64,000 nucleotides of DNA from Formosa sp. (GTDB taxonomy: Bacteria > Bacteroidota > Bacteroidia > Flavobacteriales > Flavobacteriaceae), in NCBI GenBank assembly GCA_002684355.1, contig NYVA01000029.1:75244-139243 (forward strand), given 5' to 3'. Below are positions 38,201-48,847 of the stretch, piece by piece. Under the pieces are notes generated by a model. It worked only from the letters and a program-made list of their open reading frames with translations, did no database searches and was not told where the DNA came from. The stretch's first letter is position 1. Each line of letters begins with the position of its first letter. The position numbers and the translations under genes were made by a program.

Positions 38201-39574
38201 ATGGCTTCTAAACCACGCATTTCTAAAGGAACACGAGACTTCAACTCGCAACAGATTGCCAATCGCGATTACATTTTCAGTACTATAAAGTCAAATTTCA
38301 AACGCTTTGGTTTTGCACCCATTGAAACACCCAGCTTTGAGTTGTCGGAAACCCTCTTGGGAAAATACGGAGATGAAGGCGATCGTTTGATTTTTAAAAT
38401 TTTAAACTCTGGTGAAAAGGTTAAAAAAGCGGATTTAAGCGCCTTAGAAAACAATCAACTTGCACGCTTTTCAAATTCACTCTCTGAAAAAGCATTGCGT
38501 TACGATTTAACTGTACCATTTGCACGTTATGTTGTACAATATCAGAACGACATTATCTTTCCTTTTAAACGTTATCAAATTCAACCTGTTTGGCGTGCCG
38601 ATCGTCCTCAAAAGGGGCGCTTCCAAGAATTTTTCCAATGTGATGCTGATGCAGTTGGTTCGGATTCCATGTGGCAAGAAGTTGAATTTATCCAGTTGTA
38701 TGATGCTGTTTTCTCAGACTTAAAATTAAAAGGGGTCACTATTAAAATTAACAATAGAAAAATTTTAGCAGCCATTGCAGAACGAATTGGAGCACAAGAC
38801 AAGCTTATAGATTTTACTGTGGCTTTGGATAAGCTGGATAAAATAGGGGCAGAAAAAGTAAAAGAAGAGATGCTTTTTAAAGGCATTTCACCCGATGGTA
38901 TCGCTTTATTAACTCCTCTTTTAAAGATTTCAGGGGATTTCAAAGCACAGCTAAAAGCCTTGAGTAGTCTATTTAGAACTTCTCAGATTGGTAGGGAAGG
39001 ACTTTCCGAGCTAGAATTTATAGCGGATAAAATCAATAAACTGGGACTCAAAACAGCCACTCTAAAATTAGATATTACACTCGCACGTGGTCTAAACTAC
39101 TACACAGGTGCTATTTTTGAGGTCTCTGCGCCAGATGCTGTTGCCATGGGGTCTATTGGCGGTGGTGGGCGTTACGATGATTTGACCAGTATTTTTGGAC
39201 TCAAAGGCGTGAGCGGAGTAGGCATTAGTTTTGGCCTTGACAGAATCGCACTTGTTTTGGAAGAATTGGGACTTTTCCCAGAAAATAATACCCAAACAAC
39301 CCAAGTATTGTTTATCAATTTTGGACCTGAAGAAAGTCTTTATTGTTACATAGCCATTCAATCTTTGAGATCTAATGGTATTGTTGCCGAGCTCTATCCT
39401 GATGCACTTAAGTTGAAAAAGCAAATCACATACGCCAATAAACGCAATATTCCATATATAGTGTTGGTTGGAAATCAAGAAATGAACTCCAATACTTTTA
39501 CCCTAAAAAATATGTTGGATGGCAGTCAAAAAACACTGAACTTAGAAGCGCTAATTTCACAATTTAATAACTAA
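38201..39574 (+). CDS. hisS: Histidine--tRNA ligase
   Basis: KGTRDF, LRYDLTVP, WRADRPQKGRFQEF, ARGLNYYTG, GGGRYD. Confidence 0.97.
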   Translation: MASKPRISKGTRDFNSQQIANRDYIFSTIKSNFKRFGFAPIETPSFELSETLLGKYGDEGDRLIFKILNSGEKVKKADLSALENNQLARFSNSLSEKALRYDLTVPFARYVVQYQNDIIFPFKRYQIQPVWRADRPQKGRFQEFFQCDADAVGSDSMWQEVEFIQLYDAVFSDLKLKGVTIKINNRKILAAIAERIGAQDKLIDFTVALDKLDKIGAEKVKEEMLFKGISPDGIALLTPLLKISGDFKAQLKALSSLFRTSQIGREGLSELEFIADKINKLGLKTATLKLDITLARGLNYYTGAIFEVSAPDAVAMGSIGGGGRYDDLTSIFGLKGVSGVGISFGLDRIALVLEELGLFPENNTQTTQVLFINFGPEESLYCYIAIQSLRSNGIVAELYPDALKLKKQITYANKRNIPYIVLVGNQEMNSNTFTLKNMLDGSQKTLNLEALISQFNN

Positions 39575-39603
39575 AAAAACCCTTGAAGTACAAGGGTTTA
39601 AAA
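39573..39603. terminator. Terminator between convergent hisS and tRNA-Met
   Basis: AAACCCTTG-aagta-CAAGGGTTT; T-tract on the minus strand. Confidence 0.7.
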
Positions 39604-39604
39604 G

Positions 39605-39678
39605 TAGCGTGGGGGAGATTTGAACTCCCGACCTCCGGGTTATGAATCCGACGCTCTAACCAACTGAGCTACCACGCC
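39605..39678 (-). tRNA. tRNA-Met (CAT), elongator type; CCA not encoded
   Basis: GGCGTGGTAGCTCAGTTGGTTAGAGCGTCGGATTCATAACCCGGAGGTCGGGAGTTCAAATCTCCCCCACGCTA cloverleaf; lacks the initiator C1:A72 mismatch and GGG/CCC stem; -7 box TATATTTG at 39693-39700. Confidence 0.93.
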
Positions 39679-39804
39679 ATAAATGATGGCTGCAAATATA
39701 GAAACAAATTGCTGGGCTTTCAAAATAAATCCTTTGTAAAAAATATTATTTTTTTTTTAAAACTAATAAATTAATGTATATATTGGAAACTAATTACCAC
39801 AACT

Positions 39805-40191
39805 ATGAGTACCAAAGTTAAATACGAATTGGAATTTCCAATACAAGCTTCTCCGCAGTTGCTTTACAACTATATTTCTACACCTTCAGGCCTTTCAGAA
39901 TGGTTTGCGGATAATGTAAATTCAAGAGGAGAGTTGTTCACATTTATATGGGATGATTCTGAAGAGCAAGCTAAATTGTTGATTAAAAAAAATTCAGAGC
40001 GAATCAAATTCAGATGGTTAGAAAATGAAGATGACGACTGTTTTTTTGAACTTAGAATTCAGGTAGACAGTATTACAAAAGATGTTTCCATCATAGTAAC
40101 AGATTTTTCAGATGACGATGAGGTTGATGAATCTAAAATGCTATGGGAAAATCAAATCGCAAGTTTAAAGCAAATTTTAGGCTCACGCTAA
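39805..40191 (+). CDS. START-like domain protein
   Basis: STPSGLSEWFADNV, F-W pattern, IVTDF. Confidence 0.8.
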   Translation: MSTKVKYELEFPIQASPQLLYNYISTPSGLSEWFADNVNSRGELFTFIWDDSEEQAKLLIKKNSERIKFRWLENEDDDCFFELRIQVDSITKDVSIIVTDFSDDDEVDESKMLWENQIASLKQILGSR

Positions 40192-40236
40192 AATGCTTAA
40201 TTTGGCATATATTCACAGTATTTTCCCTCAACATTT

Positions 40237-41079
40237 ATGATTAACATCAACGGGACCATTTTAGAAGATTCCGAAGCCTATTTATCAGTTGACAACAGGG
40301 GTTTTAGCTATGGCGATGCCGTTTTTGAAACCATTAAAGTTAACAGCAAGCCTCTTTTTTGGGAAGTACATTATTTCCGACTTATGGCTTCAATGCGCAT
40401 TCTTCGTATGGAGATTCCGATGCACTTTACTCCTGAGTTTTTAGAGTCTCAAATCATGGATTTAGTTGATCCACAATCGGATAAAGCAAAGTCTTACCGA
40501 ATTAAATTAACAGTTTTTAGAGCAACAGGAGGTTATTATACACCCACTTCCAACTCCGTCAAATTCATAATTACTTTATCGCCCTTGGATTCTGATATTT
40601 ACAATTCACATACCGATTCTTGTGAAATAGAACTTTTCAAGGATTATTTTATCGCTCCAAATTTATTGTCAACTTTAAAAACCAATAACAAAGCCATCAA
40701 TGTTGTGGGCAGTATATTTGCAAAAGAAAACAACTATGACAACTGTTTGTTGCTAAATACCAACAAAAATATCATTGAGGCCCTTAACGGAAATGTTTTT
40801 CTTGTCAAAGATAATGTCATCAAAACACCGCCATTGGCAGATGGTTGTTTAAAGGGTATTATTAGAGATCAATTAATTGACATGATTTCTAAATCTGACA
40901 ATTACGATTTGATTGAAACTTCTATTTCTCCATTTGAGTTGCAAAAGGCGGATGAAATCTTTATTACAAATGTCATTCAGGGTATCAAGCCCGTTACAAA
41001 ATTTAGAAAAAAAACTTACACTACGGAAGTCGCCAAAAAATTTCAAAACAAGCTCAATATAAAGCTTCGATTGGGCTAA
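40237..41079 (+). CDS. Class IV aminotransferase (PabC/IlvE-like)
   Basis: NRGFSYGDAVFET, LKT, GCLKGIIR, ADEIFITN. Confidence 0.85.
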   Translation: MININGTILEDSEAYLSVDNRGFSYGDAVFETIKVNSKPLFWEVHYFRLMASMRILRMEIPMHFTPEFLESQIMDLVDPQSDKAKSYRIKLTVFRATGGYYTPTSNSVKFIITLSPLDSDIYNSHTDSCEIELFKDYFIAPNLLSTLKTNNKAINVVGSIFAKENNYDNCLLLNTNKNIIEALNGNVFLVKDNVIKTPPLADGCLKGIIRDQLIDMISKSDNYDLIETSISPFELQKADEIFITNVIQGIKPVTKFRKKTYTTEVAKKFQNKLNIKLRLG

Positions 41080-41627
41080 TTATAGGAGGGGTCATCGGGC
41101 GCATTAGACCAAAGACTATATTCGCCACCAAGGGCTAACATTTTTTTCTTCCAAAAAGCCGTATCGACTTCTTGAATAATGTTGTCTTTATGGATGTTTT
41201 CAGACAATATCCATGTATTTGAACTAAGCTCAGATTGGAGTTGATTGATGTCCCATCCGGAATACCCCAAAAAGAAACGGATTTCAGTTTGATTGATTTT
41301 TTCATCTGTAATTAACCTGGTAACTTTTTCAAAATCACCACTCCAATACAGTCCTTTTGAAATTTTCATGCTTTCCGGAATAAGTTCTGCGACTTTGTGA
41401 ATAAAGTATAAATTGTCTTGTTGTACTGGGCCCCCATTGTAGATTGGAAAATTAGATTTAAGGTCTGGTATCAAATCCCCAAGTTCAAAATCCAAGGGTT
41501 TGTTGAGGATAAATCCAATAGATCCTTCATTGTTGTGTTCTGTTAAAAGGATAATTGATCGATTGAACGACACATCTCCAATGATAGAAGGTTCAGCAAT
41601 TAATAATTTTCCTTTTTTAATGATCAC
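41076..41627 (-). CDS. YqgE/AlgH family protein
   Basis: GFILNKP, GGPV, RFFLGYSGW. Confidence 0.9.
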   Translation of the reverse strand: MIIKKGKLLIAEPSIIGDVSFNRSIILLTEHNNEGSIGFILNKPLDFELGDLIPDLKSNFPIYNGGPVQQDNLYFIHKVAELIPESMKISKGLYWSGDFEKVTRLITDEKINQTEIRFFLGYSGWDINQLQSELSSNTWILSENIHKDNIIQEVDTAFWKKKMLALGGEYSLWSNAPDDPSYN

Positions 41628-41691
41628 AATTCAGGTCTAATTAATTAAAAGTAGTGATTTAATTTTAATTTTTTTTAAATGGCTCTTTTTT

Positions 41692-42648
41692 CTAAATCAT
41701 TTTTGCATTCGTATCAAATTTGAACCCATTTAAAAATGCTTTAACATCCATTTGTTTTTTTCCAGGAAATTTGAAGTTAGTTAAATGGATATATCCATTT
41801 TCAACACAAATTATAATAGAAGTCTTATTTGTAATTACAGTTCCAATAATATTTGAATGCGGGTTATTTTCATATTTAACCTTATAAATTTTTATGTTTA
41901 ATTTATCGGAGCCATTTTTTAGCAAAGCCCAAGCACCAGGATAAGGATTCAAACCACGGACGAGATTTTGAATGTCTACACCACTTTTTGACCAATCAAC
42001 TTTACAATTGTTTTTGTGAAGTTTATGGGCTGTTTTAAGTTCTTTTTCGTTTGTCTGAATGCTTGTTGCAACCGATCCGCACTCAATCTGATTTATAGTT
42101 TTTAAAATCAATTCCTGACCCTTTTCCATGAGTTTATCGTGTAAGCTTCCAGCTGTATCGTCTTTCCTAATAGCAACCTTAGATTGCAAGATAATGGCTC
42201 CAGTATCAATTTTGTCGTTAATGTAAAATGTTGTAACTCCTGTTTCGGATTCTCCATTTATAAGCACCCAATTGATTGGTGCTGCCCCTCTGTATTGTGG
42301 CAATAGCGATGCATGCAAATTAAAGGTTCCAAGTTTAGGCATTTCCCAAACCACTTTCGGGAGCATTCTAAACGCCACAACCACTTGTAAATTGGCTTTT
42401 AGTGTGCTGAGTTGGGCTATAAAAACTGTAGATTTTAAATTAGTTGGCTGTAAGATATTTAAGCCTTGTTCTTGCGCATAAATTTTTACTGCTGATTGTT
42501 TAATTTTTTGACCACGTCCTGCAGGTCGGTCTGGAGCAGTGACGACTCCTACCACATTATACCCATTTTTAATAAGCCCTTTCAGCATATGAACTGCAAA
42601 GTCAGGTGTTCCCATAAAAACAATTCGAATATTTGTAGTGGCTTTCAT
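41692..42648 (-). CDS. fmt: Methionyl-tRNA formyltransferase
   Basis: FMGTPDFA, NLHASLLPQYRGAAPINW, RGLNPYPGAW. Confidence 0.96.
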   Translation of the reverse strand: MKATTNIRIVFMGTPDFAVHMLKGLIKNGYNVVGVVTAPDRPAGRGQKIKQSAVKIYAQEQGLNILQPTNLKSTVFIAQLSTLKANLQVVVAFRMLPKVVWEMPKLGTFNLHASLLPQYRGAAPINWVLINGESETGVTTFYINDKIDTGAIILQSKVAIRKDDTAGSLHDKLMEKGQELILKTINQIECGSVATSIQTNEKELKTAHKLHKNNCKVDWSKSGVDIQNLVRGLNPYPGAWALLKNGSDKLNIKIYKVKYENNPHSNIIGTVITNKTSIIICVENGYIHLTNFKFPGKKQMDVKAFLNGFKFDTNAKMI

Positions 42649-44540
42649 AAAATTTGATACTGATTTGAATTTGTGAGTTTAATCTTTTGGTCCTCCATTA
42701 AATACTGCAATATTATAATTATTTTCTCATCTTCTAAAGTACAAATTTCTACCAATTCTTTGGAACTCAATGGCTTTTTTTCAAGTGCTTCAAGCACATG
42801 TATTATTTCCTTTTGAGAGCATTTATTATTCACAAAGCTATTCACAGTGCAGACATTGCATATTCCGCAAGGTTTTGGTTTCTTTTCATTGAAATATGTG
42901 AGGAGTTGAAGACTTTTACAAACTGAATTGTTCTCCACATATTTCAAAACTGCATGAAATTTTTTAAGTTTTATTTTGTTTTGATTTGAAACCGATTTTG
43001 AAATTCTATGAATTGTTTTTTCATCTTCTCTTGGGACTATAAATGTGATTTGTGCATCGGTCTGAATCTTTTCAAACGCCATAGCATTCACAGATTTTAG
43101 CCGCTCTAATACCTCCAAAATAGCTGAGATTTTAAGCCCTGTTTTGGTTGTGATTTTTTCTAAATCAATAGCTGTTGATTTGCCAAAGACCCCTTCGTAG
43201 GTTCTGAGTACAGCTTTGGTAACATTGTTTTCTATAGTATCCTTTTCAACCAATGATTGGAGTGTTTTATTAGATACCAAAAATTGAATGCTCAATTTGT
43301 TTTCTCGAACCGTCTCAAAGACCAATACTCCATGGCTTTCTAAAGTTTTAAGCGCATTAAAGGTTTTGCGCTTGGATAACTTATAAATTTCGCAAAATTC
43401 ATCAAAATGCAGTCCCAGTCTTTCAGTATTATAGTCTCCATAGGCAATTTGAAAGTAGGTGCATAATTTCTTGTAAATTAATTTTAAAAAGGGAACATTT
43501 GGAATTATATTTTCAAACCAAGGCTTCATATTCAACACAGTATCTGGACCTGTTATTAAATAAGCAAAAGCTTTCTCTTCATTTCGACCTGCTCTTCCTG
43601 ATTCTTGAAAATAAGCTTCTAAGCTATCAGGTATCGTAAGATGTATCACCATTTCAACATCACTTTTATCAATACCCATACCAAAGGCATTGGTCGCTAC
43701 CATGACGCTAAATTTGTTATTTATCCAATCTGAATAAATAACTCCTTTTTTCTTAAAGCTCATGCCACCATGGTAGAAACCACTAGAGATTCCTTGAAGT
43801 TCTAAAGTTGTTGCCAGTTGCTCTGTTTCAATCCGGCTCCTAACATATACAATAGCACTACTTTTGACCTTTTTTAAAAGGGAAATGGTTATGTGTTTAG
43901 GATCTTCAATAGTCATCGAATGGTAAGATAAATTAGGCCTAAAAAAAGAGCTTTTAAATACTTTGGGCCCCAAAAACCCCAACTGTTCTGTGATGTCCTT
44001 AATCACGTGTTTTGTTGCCGTTGCCGTCAATGCGATCACAGCAGTTTGTGGACACAAGGTTCGCAGTGTTTTGATATTTCTATAAGCGGGCCGAAAGTCG
44101 TGTCCCCACTGACTGATGCAATGGGCTTCATCAACCGCAATCAAGCTTACCTTCATAGATTTAATCCTGGCTTGAACCAATTTATTTTCTAAGCGTTCAG
44201 GAGATATATATAAAAATTTATAATTTCCAAAAACACAATTATCTAATATTCGCTCCAATTCACTGTAGTGATTGACATTGGTTAAGGCCATGGCCTTTAT
44301 ACCCTTTTGATTGAGCGTTGCGACTTGATCTTGCATCAGGGCAATAAGTGGAGAAACTACGATGCAAATTCCTTCTTTGATTAGCGCTGGAACTTGAAAA
44401 CAAACTGATTTTCCACCCCCCGTTGGCAACAGGGCCAAGCAATCTTCATTTTCTAAAACGGCTTCAATAATTTTTTGCTGATTTAGCCTAAAACCAGTAT
44501 GGCCCCAGTATTTCTCTAAAATTTGAAGCGGGTGCAACAT
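42645..44540 (-). CDS. RecQ family ATP-dependent DNA helicase
   Basis: PTGGGKS, DEAHCISQWGHDFRP, QESGRAGR, C-terminal Zn Cys cluster. Confidence 0.92.
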   Translation of the reverse strand: MLHPLQILEKYWGHTGFRLNQQKIIEAVLENEDCLALLPTGGGKSVCFQVPALIKEGICIVVSPLIALMQDQVATLNQKGIKAMALTNVNHYSELERILDNCVFGNYKFLYISPERLENKLVQARIKSMKVSLIAVDEAHCISQWGHDFRPAYRNIKTLRTLCPQTAVIALTATATKHVIKDITEQLGFLGPKVFKSSFFRPNLSYHSMTIEDPKHITISLLKKVKSSAIVYVRSRIETEQLATTLELQGISSGFYHGGMSFKKKGVIYSDWINNKFSVMVATNAFGMGIDKSDVEMVIHLTIPDSLEAYFQESGRAGRNEEKAFAYLITGPDTVLNMKPWFENIIPNVPFLKLIYKKLCTYFQIAYGDYNTERLGLHFDEFCEIYKLSKRKTFNALKTLESHGVLVFETVRENKLSIQFLVSNKTLQSLVEKDTIENNVTKAVLRTYEGVFGKSTAIDLEKITTKTGLKISAILEVLERLKSVNAMAFEKIQTDAQITFIVPREDEKTIHRISKSVSNQNKIKLKKFHAVLKYVENNSVCKSLQLLTYFNEKKPKPCGICNVCTVNSFVNNKCSQKEIIHVLEALEKKPLSSKELVEICTLEDEKIIIILQYLMEDQKIKLTNSNQYQIL

Positions 44541-44544
44541 TGTG

Positions 44545-45090
44545 TTAAATATTATTTAGAATGAAATCTACGCGATTCTCTAGAGTAGATTGCGGCACCT
44601 CAACCAATTCATAATTAAAGCTTGTATACCATTTTATTAGGTATTCGTGAATTTCTGTTGCTTGTTCAAAAGTTTCATAACGCTCATTGTCCTGAATGTA
44701 TATGTCTTTCCAAGGCATTAAAATAAAAACTTTATCGTATTTGTGTTTTTTACAACTATTAATAAATTCTTCAGAGTAATTAGAGTCAATGTAATCTAAA
44801 TAGGCAATCACATCAGGCAATCCTCTGTCAAAAAACACAAAAGGACTGTTTGCAGTATCTGCGTCAATAAATTGTTTTTTTCGTGCTTCCAAAAGTTGCT
44901 CGCTGAACCAAATAGGGTCTTTCAAAAATAATTGATCTACACCCTCATTTTGTGCTTTCAACGTAATTTTTCTAGAAATTTCTTGCATACAAACATGGCC
45001 TTTGTTCATCAATTGGTTTATAATTGAAGTTTTGCCAGAAGCCGGACCACCAATAATCGCTATTTTTTTTATTTTTGAATTTAAAGTCAT
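44545..45090 (-). CDS. AAA_28/NadR-like P-loop ATPase
   Basis: GGPASGKT, FFDRGLPD, DNERYE. Confidence 0.8.
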   Translation of the reverse strand: MTLNSKIKKIAIIGGPASGKTSIINQLMNKGHVCMQEISRKITLKAQNEGVDQLFLKDPIWFSEQLLEARKKQFIDADTANSPFVFFDRGLPDVIAYLDYIDSNYSEEFINSCKKHKYDKVFILMPWKDIYIQDNERYETFEQATEIHEYLIKWYTSFNYELVEVPQSTLENRVDFILNNI

Positions 45091-45168
45091 GGTATTTGTA
45101 AAATTCGTGATTTAAAAGTTAAATAAAAAATATGACTTGATGTATATTTGTAGTACTAAATACGCAAA

Positions 45169-45462
45169 ATGCAATCATCCAATCATTCTGAAGAATTTTA
45201 CAGCAAACTCAAAGCGCAACTTTACGAAACAACTTCTTGGCCCTCAAAATATTTGTTTAAATTTATTATCAAATCAGACCCCGATAAAATTTCCAAAATT
45301 GAAATTACTTTTGATAATATGGGCGCCATCATTACGAGTTCCGTTTCAAAAAACGGCAAGTATACAAGTGTTACTATACATGTGGAAATGAAAAATCCAG
45401 AAGCCGTTATTGAAAAATATCTGCAAATAGGCAAAGAAGTTAAAGATGTCATCTCTTTGTGA
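45169..45462 (+). CDS. DUF493 (YbeD-like) protein
   Basis: WPSKYLFKFI, SKNGKYTSVT, VISL. Confidence 0.85.
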   Translation: MQSSNHSEEFYSKLKAQLYETTSWPSKYLFKFIIKSDPDKISKIEITFDNMGAIITSSVSKNGKYTSVTIHVEMKNPEAVIEKYLQIGKEVKDVISL

Positions 45463-45532
45463 TACCTCTATTTTTAAGCCTCGTTTCTGTTTAATTTTTT
45501 GTACTTTGCAAGCGCATTAAAATAAAAAATAA

Positions 45533-46180
45533 ATGACAATCTTAACAGATCAATTAGAATACAATACAGAGCGTGATCATCTCATAATTCCAGAATACGG
45601 CAGACATCTTCAAAAAATGATCAACCATGCCATGGTTCAAGAATCCAAAGAGTCCCGCAATAGACTGGCCAAAGCCATCATATCAGTGATGGGTAATATG
45701 CAGCCACATTTGCGAGATGTTCCTGACTTTCAACATAAACTTTGGGATCAATTGTTTATCATGTCAGACTTTAAACTCGATGCAGATTCCCCTTTTGAAA
45801 AGCCTTCTAAGGAAATGTTAAACGCTAGCCCTGATCCGCTCCCATATCCACAAAACTATCCCAAATACCGCTTTTATGGAAACAATATTAAAACCATGAT
45901 CGATGCCGCCTCGTCTTGGGAGGAAGGCGAAATGAAAAATGCGCTTATTTTTACCATAGCGAATCACATGAAAAAATCATTTTTAAGCTGGAATAAGGAC
46001 ACAGTTGAAGACGCTGTTATATTTGACCATCTCTTTGAACTTTCTAATGGTAAAATTGACATTAGAAATTCGGAGAAACAACTGACGGAGTCATCTCAAC
46101 TTCTTAAAATGCAGCGTAAAACAACCAATTATAAAAAACAATACAAAAAGAACAATAATAGAAACAGAAAGCGCTATTAA
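45533..46180 (+). CDS. DUF4290 domain protein
   Basis: LEYNTER...IPEYGRH, HKLWDQL, IANHMKK; upstream of murA. Confidence 0.82.
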   Translation: MTILTDQLEYNTERDHLIIPEYGRHLQKMINHAMVQESKESRNRLAKAIISVMGNMQPHLRDVPDFQHKLWDQLFIMSDFKLDADSPFEKPSKEMLNASPDPLPYPQNYPKYRFYGNNIKTMIDAASSWEEGEMKNALIFTIANHMKKSFLSWNKDTVEDAVIFDHLFELSNGKIDIRNSEKQLTESSQLLKMQRKTTNYKKQYKKNNNRNRKRY

Positions 46181-46220
46181 TTCTTATTTGTAAATTAATA
46201 ACTAATTAAATCCTTAGCTA

Positions 46221-47534
46221 TTGAAGTCTTTTAAAATTGAAGGAGGTCACCCACTCAAAGGTTCCATTCAGCCTCAAGGCGCAAAAAATGAGGCCCTGCA
46301 AATTTTATGTGCGGTTCTCTTAACCTCTGAAAAGGTTAGCATTCATAACATCCCAAATATTATTGATGTCAACAAACTCATTCATTTGTTGGGTAAATTA
46401 AATGTCAAAGTAGAAAAGCACTCAGATAATTCATATACTTTCAAAGCAGATGCTGTAGATTTAGACTATTTGGAAACCCCCGCATTTAAAGTCGATGGGG
46501 CAGGTTTGAGAGGGTCTATTATGATTGTTGGACCTTTATTAGCTCGTTTTGGTAAAGGCTATATTCCTAAGCCCGGTGGAGATAAGATTGGCCGCCGACG
46601 TTTAGATACCCATTTTGAAGGGTTTATAAAATTAGGTGCTGAGTTTAGGTACAACAAGGAAGATCACTTTTATGGGGTTGAAGCCAAAGTATTAAAAGGT
46701 GCTTATATGCTTTTGGATGAAGCTTCGGTGACGGGGACGGCCAATATTGTAATGGCTGCTGTTTTAGCCAAAGGCACCACCACAATTTATAATGCTGCTT
46801 GTGAGCCTTATTTACAGCAGCTTTGTAAAATGCTGAATCGAATGGGGGCTAAAATTAGTGGTATTGGTTCTAATCTTCTCACTATTGAAGGGGTTGACGT
46901 ACTTGGTGGAACTTCTCACACCATGCTGCCAGATATGATAGAGATTGGCAGCTGGATTGGTCTTGCCGCAATGACGCGCAGTGAACTCACCATTAAAAAT
47001 GTCAGTTGGGAAGATCTTGGAGTAATTCCCAATGTATTTAGAAAGTTAGGCATTACAATAGAAAGGAAAGAAGACGATATTTTTATTCCCGCCCACACGG
47101 ATGGATATCAAGTCCAAAATTACATTGATGGTTCAATTTTAACCTTATCTGATGCACCCTGGCCTGGTTTTACACCAGACTTACTAAGTATTATTTTGGT
47201 TGTCGCAACCCAAGCACGGGGCAGTGTCCTAATCCATCAAAAAATGTTTGAAAGTCGCCTCTTTTTTGTAGATAAATTGATTGATATGGGCGCCAAAGTA
47301 ATTTTATGTGATCCGCACAGAGCTTCTGTTATTGGACATGATTTCAAATCTCAACTCAAAGCAACAACAATGACTTCCCCAGATATTAGAGCTGGTGTGT
47401 CCCTTTTAATAGCCGCGCTTTCCGCAAATGGGACTTCAACCATTCACAATATTGAACAGATCGATAGAGGCTATCAAAACATTGATACACGCCTAAAAGC
47501 AATTGGTGCAAAGATTGAGCGTATTGAAATTTGA
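46221..47534 (+). CDS. murA: UDP-N-acetylglucosamine 1-carboxyvinyltransferase (Asp-type active site, PGGDKIG)
   Basis: GAKN, PGGDKIGRR, SVTGTAN, PWPGF, DIRAG, IDRGY. Confidence 0.96.
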   Translation: MKSFKIEGGHPLKGSIQPQGAKNEALQILCAVLLTSEKVSIHNIPNIIDVNKLIHLLGKLNVKVEKHSDNSYTFKADAVDLDYLETPAFKVDGAGLRGSIMIVGPLLARFGKGYIPKPGGDKIGRRRLDTHFEGFIKLGAEFRYNKEDHFYGVEAKVLKGAYMLLDEASVTGTANIVMAAVLAKGTTTIYNAACEPYLQQLCKMLNRMGAKISGIGSNLLTIEGVDVLGGTSHTMLPDMIEIGSWIGLAAMTRSELTIKNVSWEDLGVIPNVFRKLGITIERKEDDIFIPAHTDGYQVQNYIDGSILTLSDAPWPGFTPDLLSIILVVATQARGSVLIHQKMFESRLFFVDKLIDMGAKVILCDPHRASVIGHDFKSQLKATTMTSPDIRAGVSLLIAALSANGTSTIHNIEQIDRGYQNIDTRLKAIGAKIERIEI

Positions 47535-47548
47535 TGTTTTAAAATAAA

Positions 47549-48847
47549 TTATCTATTTAGCGCTGATTTATAAGTTTCTAAACAGCGCTCTCTTGCAAAT
47601 TTGTGGTCTACAATAGGTTTTGCATAATTGAATTCTTGGTATTCAGGAACCCATTTTTTGATGTAGTGGTGGTCCTTGTCAAATTTTGTAATTTGAGTGG
47701 TTGGGTTAAAAATCCTGAAGTAGGGCGCTGCATCTACTCCGCAACCTGCAACCCATTGCCAATTACTGACATTACTTGAAAGTTCAAAATCGTGCAATTT
47801 TTGAGCAAAGTAAGCCTCGCCCCATCGCCAATCAATTAGTAAATGTTTGCATAAAAAACTTCCAACTAGCATTCTAACGCGATTGTGCATAAAACCAGTT
47901 TGATTCAGCTCTCGCATACCAGCATCAACTAGAGGATACCCAGTATCACCTTGGCACCATTTCTCAAACTCTTCCTTATTATTTCGCCATTGAATGGCTT
48001 CGTATTGAGGCTTAAAGCTTTTGGTGACTGTGTGTGGGAAATGCCATAAAATTTGCATAAAAAACTCACGCCATATCAGTTCTTTTAAAAAAGTAATATT
48101 AGAACTTTTTAAAGCTTTTTTTACAACCTTGCGGATGCTGACTGTTCCAAATCTAAGATGGGGGCCAAGCCTAGAGGTTCCCGAAACAGATGGTGTATTC
48201 CTTTTTTCTTCATACAAATGAATCAATTGTGTATCCATTTTAAAGGGAGCAATTTTTAATTTTGATGATGAAAATCCCATTGCTTCTAATGGCACCCATC
48301 GGTTACAATCCATTTTAGAAAGGTGCTTTAGTAAATTTTCAGAGGGGTAAGCATCAATGCATTTCTCATTAAAAGCGCCTAGCCACTTCTTTGAATAAGG
48401 GGTGTATACTTTGTAGGGTAAACCGTCGTCCTTAGCAACTTCATTTCTTTCAAAAACAACTTGGTCTTTAAAGGATTTATATGCTATACTTTTTAGATTT
48501 AATAAATCTGAAACTGCTTTATCCCTTACAATTGCATAGGGTTCATAGTCGTGATTCGTGTATACAGCTTCGATAGGAAATTCAGAAGCCAACTGCTTAA
48601 AAACTTTCTCCGGACGGTCATAATAAGTATTAATTTTTTGATTTATATCAAGGGAGTTGTTAAGGACTTTTAATTGCTCGTAAATAAAATTTACACGGGC
48701 ATCGTCTTTTGGAAGTTTATCTAAAATTTCGGGGTCGAAAATAAATATAGGAAGTACATTCTTGTAATTTTTCAAGACCTCAAAAAGACCGTGGTTATCC
48801 TCCAGTCTTAAATCTCTGCGAAACCAAAATATAGCGTTGGGTCTCAT
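47549..48847 (-). CDS. Deoxyribodipyrimidine (CPD) photolyase
   Basis: WFRRDLRLEDN, TSRLGPHLRFG, ELIWREFF, TGYPLVDAGMREL, GFMHNRVRM, NWQW, PYFRIFNP. Confidence 0.92.
   Translation of the reverse strand: MRPNAIFWFRRDLRLEDNHGLFEVLKNYKNVLPIFIFDPEILDKLPKDDARVNFIYEQLKVLNNSLDINQKINTYYDRPEKVFKQLASEFPIEAVYTNHDYEPYAIVRDKAVSDLLNLKSIAYKSFKDQVVFERNEVAKDDGLPYKVYTPYSKKWLGAFNEKCIDAYPSENLLKHLSKMDCNRWVPLEAMGFSSSKLKIAPFKMDTQLIHLYEEKRNTPSVSGTSRLGPHLRFGTVSIRKVVKKALKSSNITFLKELIWREFFMQILWHFPHTVTKSFKPQYEAIQWRNNKEEFEKWCQGDTGYPLVDAGMRELNQTGFMHNRVRMLVGSFLCKHLLIDWRWGEAYFAQKLHDFELSSNVSNWQWVAGCGVDAAPYFRIFNPTTQITKFDKDHHYIKKWVPEYQEFNYAKPIVDHKFARERCLETYKSALNR

Noticed and set aside
39574-39604. tRNA-Met as a possible integration site
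   Set aside because: No integrase and no duplicated tRNA 3' end seen; flanks are core genes
45137-45391. 84-aa ORF overlapping DUF493
   Set aside because: Out-of-frame overlap; the DUF493 frame carries the family motifs
46221-47534. MurA with Asp in place of the fosfomycin-target Cys
   Set aside because: Common intrinsic variant in Bacteroidota, not an acquired resistance gene
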